Assembly: GCA_977020255.1 (NCBI GenBank)
Contig: CDROCS010000506.1
Span: 3,038,001 to 3,102,000 of the forward strand
Direction: 5' to 3'
DNA: 64,000 bases
DNA from: Obrimoposthia wandeli
Lineage: Eukaryota
Shown: in pieces, positions 62,162-64,000 of the stretch
Position numbering within the stretch: the stretch's first letter is position 1
Layout: every line of letters starts with the position of its first letter
Program-made: the position numbers and the translations under genes
Notes under the pieces: generated by a model
Databases searched by the model: none
Seen by the model: the letters and a program-made list of their open reading frames with translations, nothing else
What the model was told of the DNA's origin: nothing

Positions 62162-63508
62162 TTAAAATATCATGTGCGCACAAAGGGCGATGATAGGTAA
62201 TGTAACCAGTGTACGCAGAATGAAGATTGCCATTAGTTCAACAATGTTCACTGGGATCTTGCTTGATAAGATAACCGAGCCCGTTTCTGACATAAAGATA
62301 AGCTGAGAGATAGACAGTGCTGCAATCACGAATTTAGTGATGTCACTTTCAATCGTTGATGCGGCGATAATTGATGGTACATACATATCGGTAAAACCAA
62401 CTAATACTGTTTCCGCTGCTGCTTGTGCTTCAGGTAGATTTAATAGCTCTAGCAGTGGTACAAACGGCACGCCTAACCAGGCGAATAATGGCGTCGTTTC
62501 AGCAATAACCAAGCCCATTGTACCCACCGCCATGATCACCGGTAATACCCCAAACATCATATCTAATGAATTTTGTAAGCCTTCCACTACCGTCGATTTT
62601 ACGCTGGTGACTTTGCTCGCTCTTTCTAGCGCTAATTGGTAACCATATTTAGCAGCTGACATTGATTCAGGAATAAGTTCGTTATCAAGATCAGGTTTAC
62701 TGCCGTCAATGTAGGTATCTTTTTTATAGCTTAGCGGTGGCAGAAACTGAATAATCATTGCCGCGATAATACCTGACAGACAAATAGTTAAGTAGAAAGG
62801 CACGAAATAATTTTCTAAACCTACCTGCGTTAATACCACTAACGAAAACGAAATACCGACAGGGGAAAACATGGTTGCTACGACAGCTGCTTCTCTCTTT
62901 GTATATTTTTTTTCTTCATATTGTTTGCTGGTTAAAATCACACCCACGGTGCCGTCACCAAGCCATGATGAAATACAGTCAATTGCAGAACGACCAGGTA
63001 AACGAAATACAGGGCGCATTACCTTGCTTAACATCGTGCCGAGAAACTCTAATAGGCCGAAGTTTAATAATAATGGCAGTAATAAACCGGCAAAGAAAAA
63101 GGTAACAAGCAGTGATGGCAATAGATCATGCAATACCAGCCCGCCAGTATTAGCGCTCCAAATAAACTCTGGGCCAACCTGATACAGGGCGAATAATGTG
63201 AATACAGCACCAAGTACACGGATCACAACCCAAACTGGGGTCAGCATAAATAATCGCGTTAACAATGCAGAGTTAACAATAAAGGCAGGTTTGATTGTGT
63301 TAGCAAATACCGAGACCAGTGCTGACAAACAAATAATGGCGGTAATGAGTGGATGAATTGCGTCACCTAACAAACCCTTTACGCCACTCGCCATTAACGC
63401 CAGTGGAAAGGTAAAGTTACCATCAACGCTTAATGGTGCAAGAAAGAAAAACAACCCCATTAAAGACGGAATTAAAAACACTAATAAATTTTTTCTGGTA
63501 TCACTCAT
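62162..63508 (-). CDS. YjiH family (nucleoside-recognition Gate) membrane transporter
   Basis: FGLLEFLG...PVFRLPGRSAID, SWLGDG, GFTDMY, QLIFMSETG. Confidence 0.85.
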   Translation of the reverse strand: MSDTRKNLLVFLIPSLMGLFFFLAPLSVDGNFTFPLALMASGVKGLLGDAIHPLITAIICLSALVSVFANTIKPAFIVNSALLTRLFMLTPVWVVIRVLGAVFTLFALYQVGPEFIWSANTGGLVLHDLLPSLLVTFFFAGLLLPLLLNFGLLEFLGTMLSKVMRPVFRLPGRSAIDCISSWLGDGTVGVILTSKQYEEKKYTKREAAVVATMFSPVGISFSLVVLTQVGLENYFVPFYLTICLSGIIAAMIIQFLPPLSYKKDTYIDGSKPDLDNELIPESMSAAKYGYQLALERASKVTSVKSTVVEGLQNSLDMMFGVLPVIMAVGTMGLVIAETTPLFAWLGVPFVPLLELLNLPEAQAAAETVLVGFTDMYVPSIIAASTIESDITKFVIAALSISQLIFMSETGSVILSSKIPVNIVELMAIFILRTLVTLPIIALCAHMIF

Positions 63509-64000
63509 TAAATTCGCCTTGATTTTTTATTCATTAAAACTGAGTTTTTATTCTAGCTGGGCGATTTTACTTTTATATGACGCATAGTCAATATATAAAT
63601 CTGGTTATATTGTTAATAACCATACTCTGAGTTGTTGGTGGCGGTTTTTATATGTGAAACGTCTTTAATGGTGGTTTTTGAGTTGGAAATATAAGGGCGG
63701 GGGATATTTAAGAACACACGTGTGCCTTATAACAAAACTCCCTTAACAAAGCTTATATGAACAGAACCTGAACAAGGTTTAAATAATGTTACGACTGGTC
63801 ATATATTTAGCTGTTTAGTGAACAAAATGGTGGGGTAAGTAAAGTAAAGTCAGTAAGTTAGAGGTTAAGGTAAAGTACAGTAAGAAAATTTATTTTTGTT
63901 TGATTCCACTACATATTTTAAATATATTGGCGCCCATTGACAGGGTAGCACTTGATTTAATATACGATTTCAAATCGTTTCTTGCTATTGCAGTAACTGT

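Noticed and set aside
1-64000. rRNA, tRNA or intact IS/transposase genes
   Set aside because: None recognised anywhere in the window.

Overview
Chromosomal window from an AT-rich marine gammaproteobacterium. Gene order and protein style suggest a Moritella/Vibrionaceae-like organism; this is inference and not verified. Bases 1-43 kb are mostly core genes: tadA, mltF, purL, cheV, arcA, rraA, aceK, thrLABC, tesB, epd-pgk-fbaA, serA, rpiA, ygfA-6S RNA-zapA, ygfB, ubiH-ubiI and gcvTHP. Interspersed are a 5'-truncated IMPa-like metalloprotease, an MbnH-like di-heme enzyme with a secreted partner, and REP/MITE-like repeats. Directly after the gcvP terminator lies a very AT-rich island (about 43.1-47.6 kb), the strongest candidate for an undescribed system. 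Its order is ART-like gene, Ser/Thr kinase, second Ser/Thr kinase, a pseudogenised second copy of the ART-like gene (missed by the ORF track), a single-TM protein, and a P2/HP1-type integrase remnant (also missed). Further on are a leishmanolysin-like lipoprotein bracketed by a 170-bp duplication, and a VpsT/CsgD-like regulator carrying the WFSR c-di-GMP motif, followed by a graded heptamer tandem array and a four-gene chaperone-usher pilus cluster. The window ends with an rsgA paralog, a DUF3103-like protein, a phasin-like protein, a PLD lipoprotein and three transporters. No rRNA, tRNA or CRISPR array was seen. All family calls come from motifs read by eye, with no database searches.
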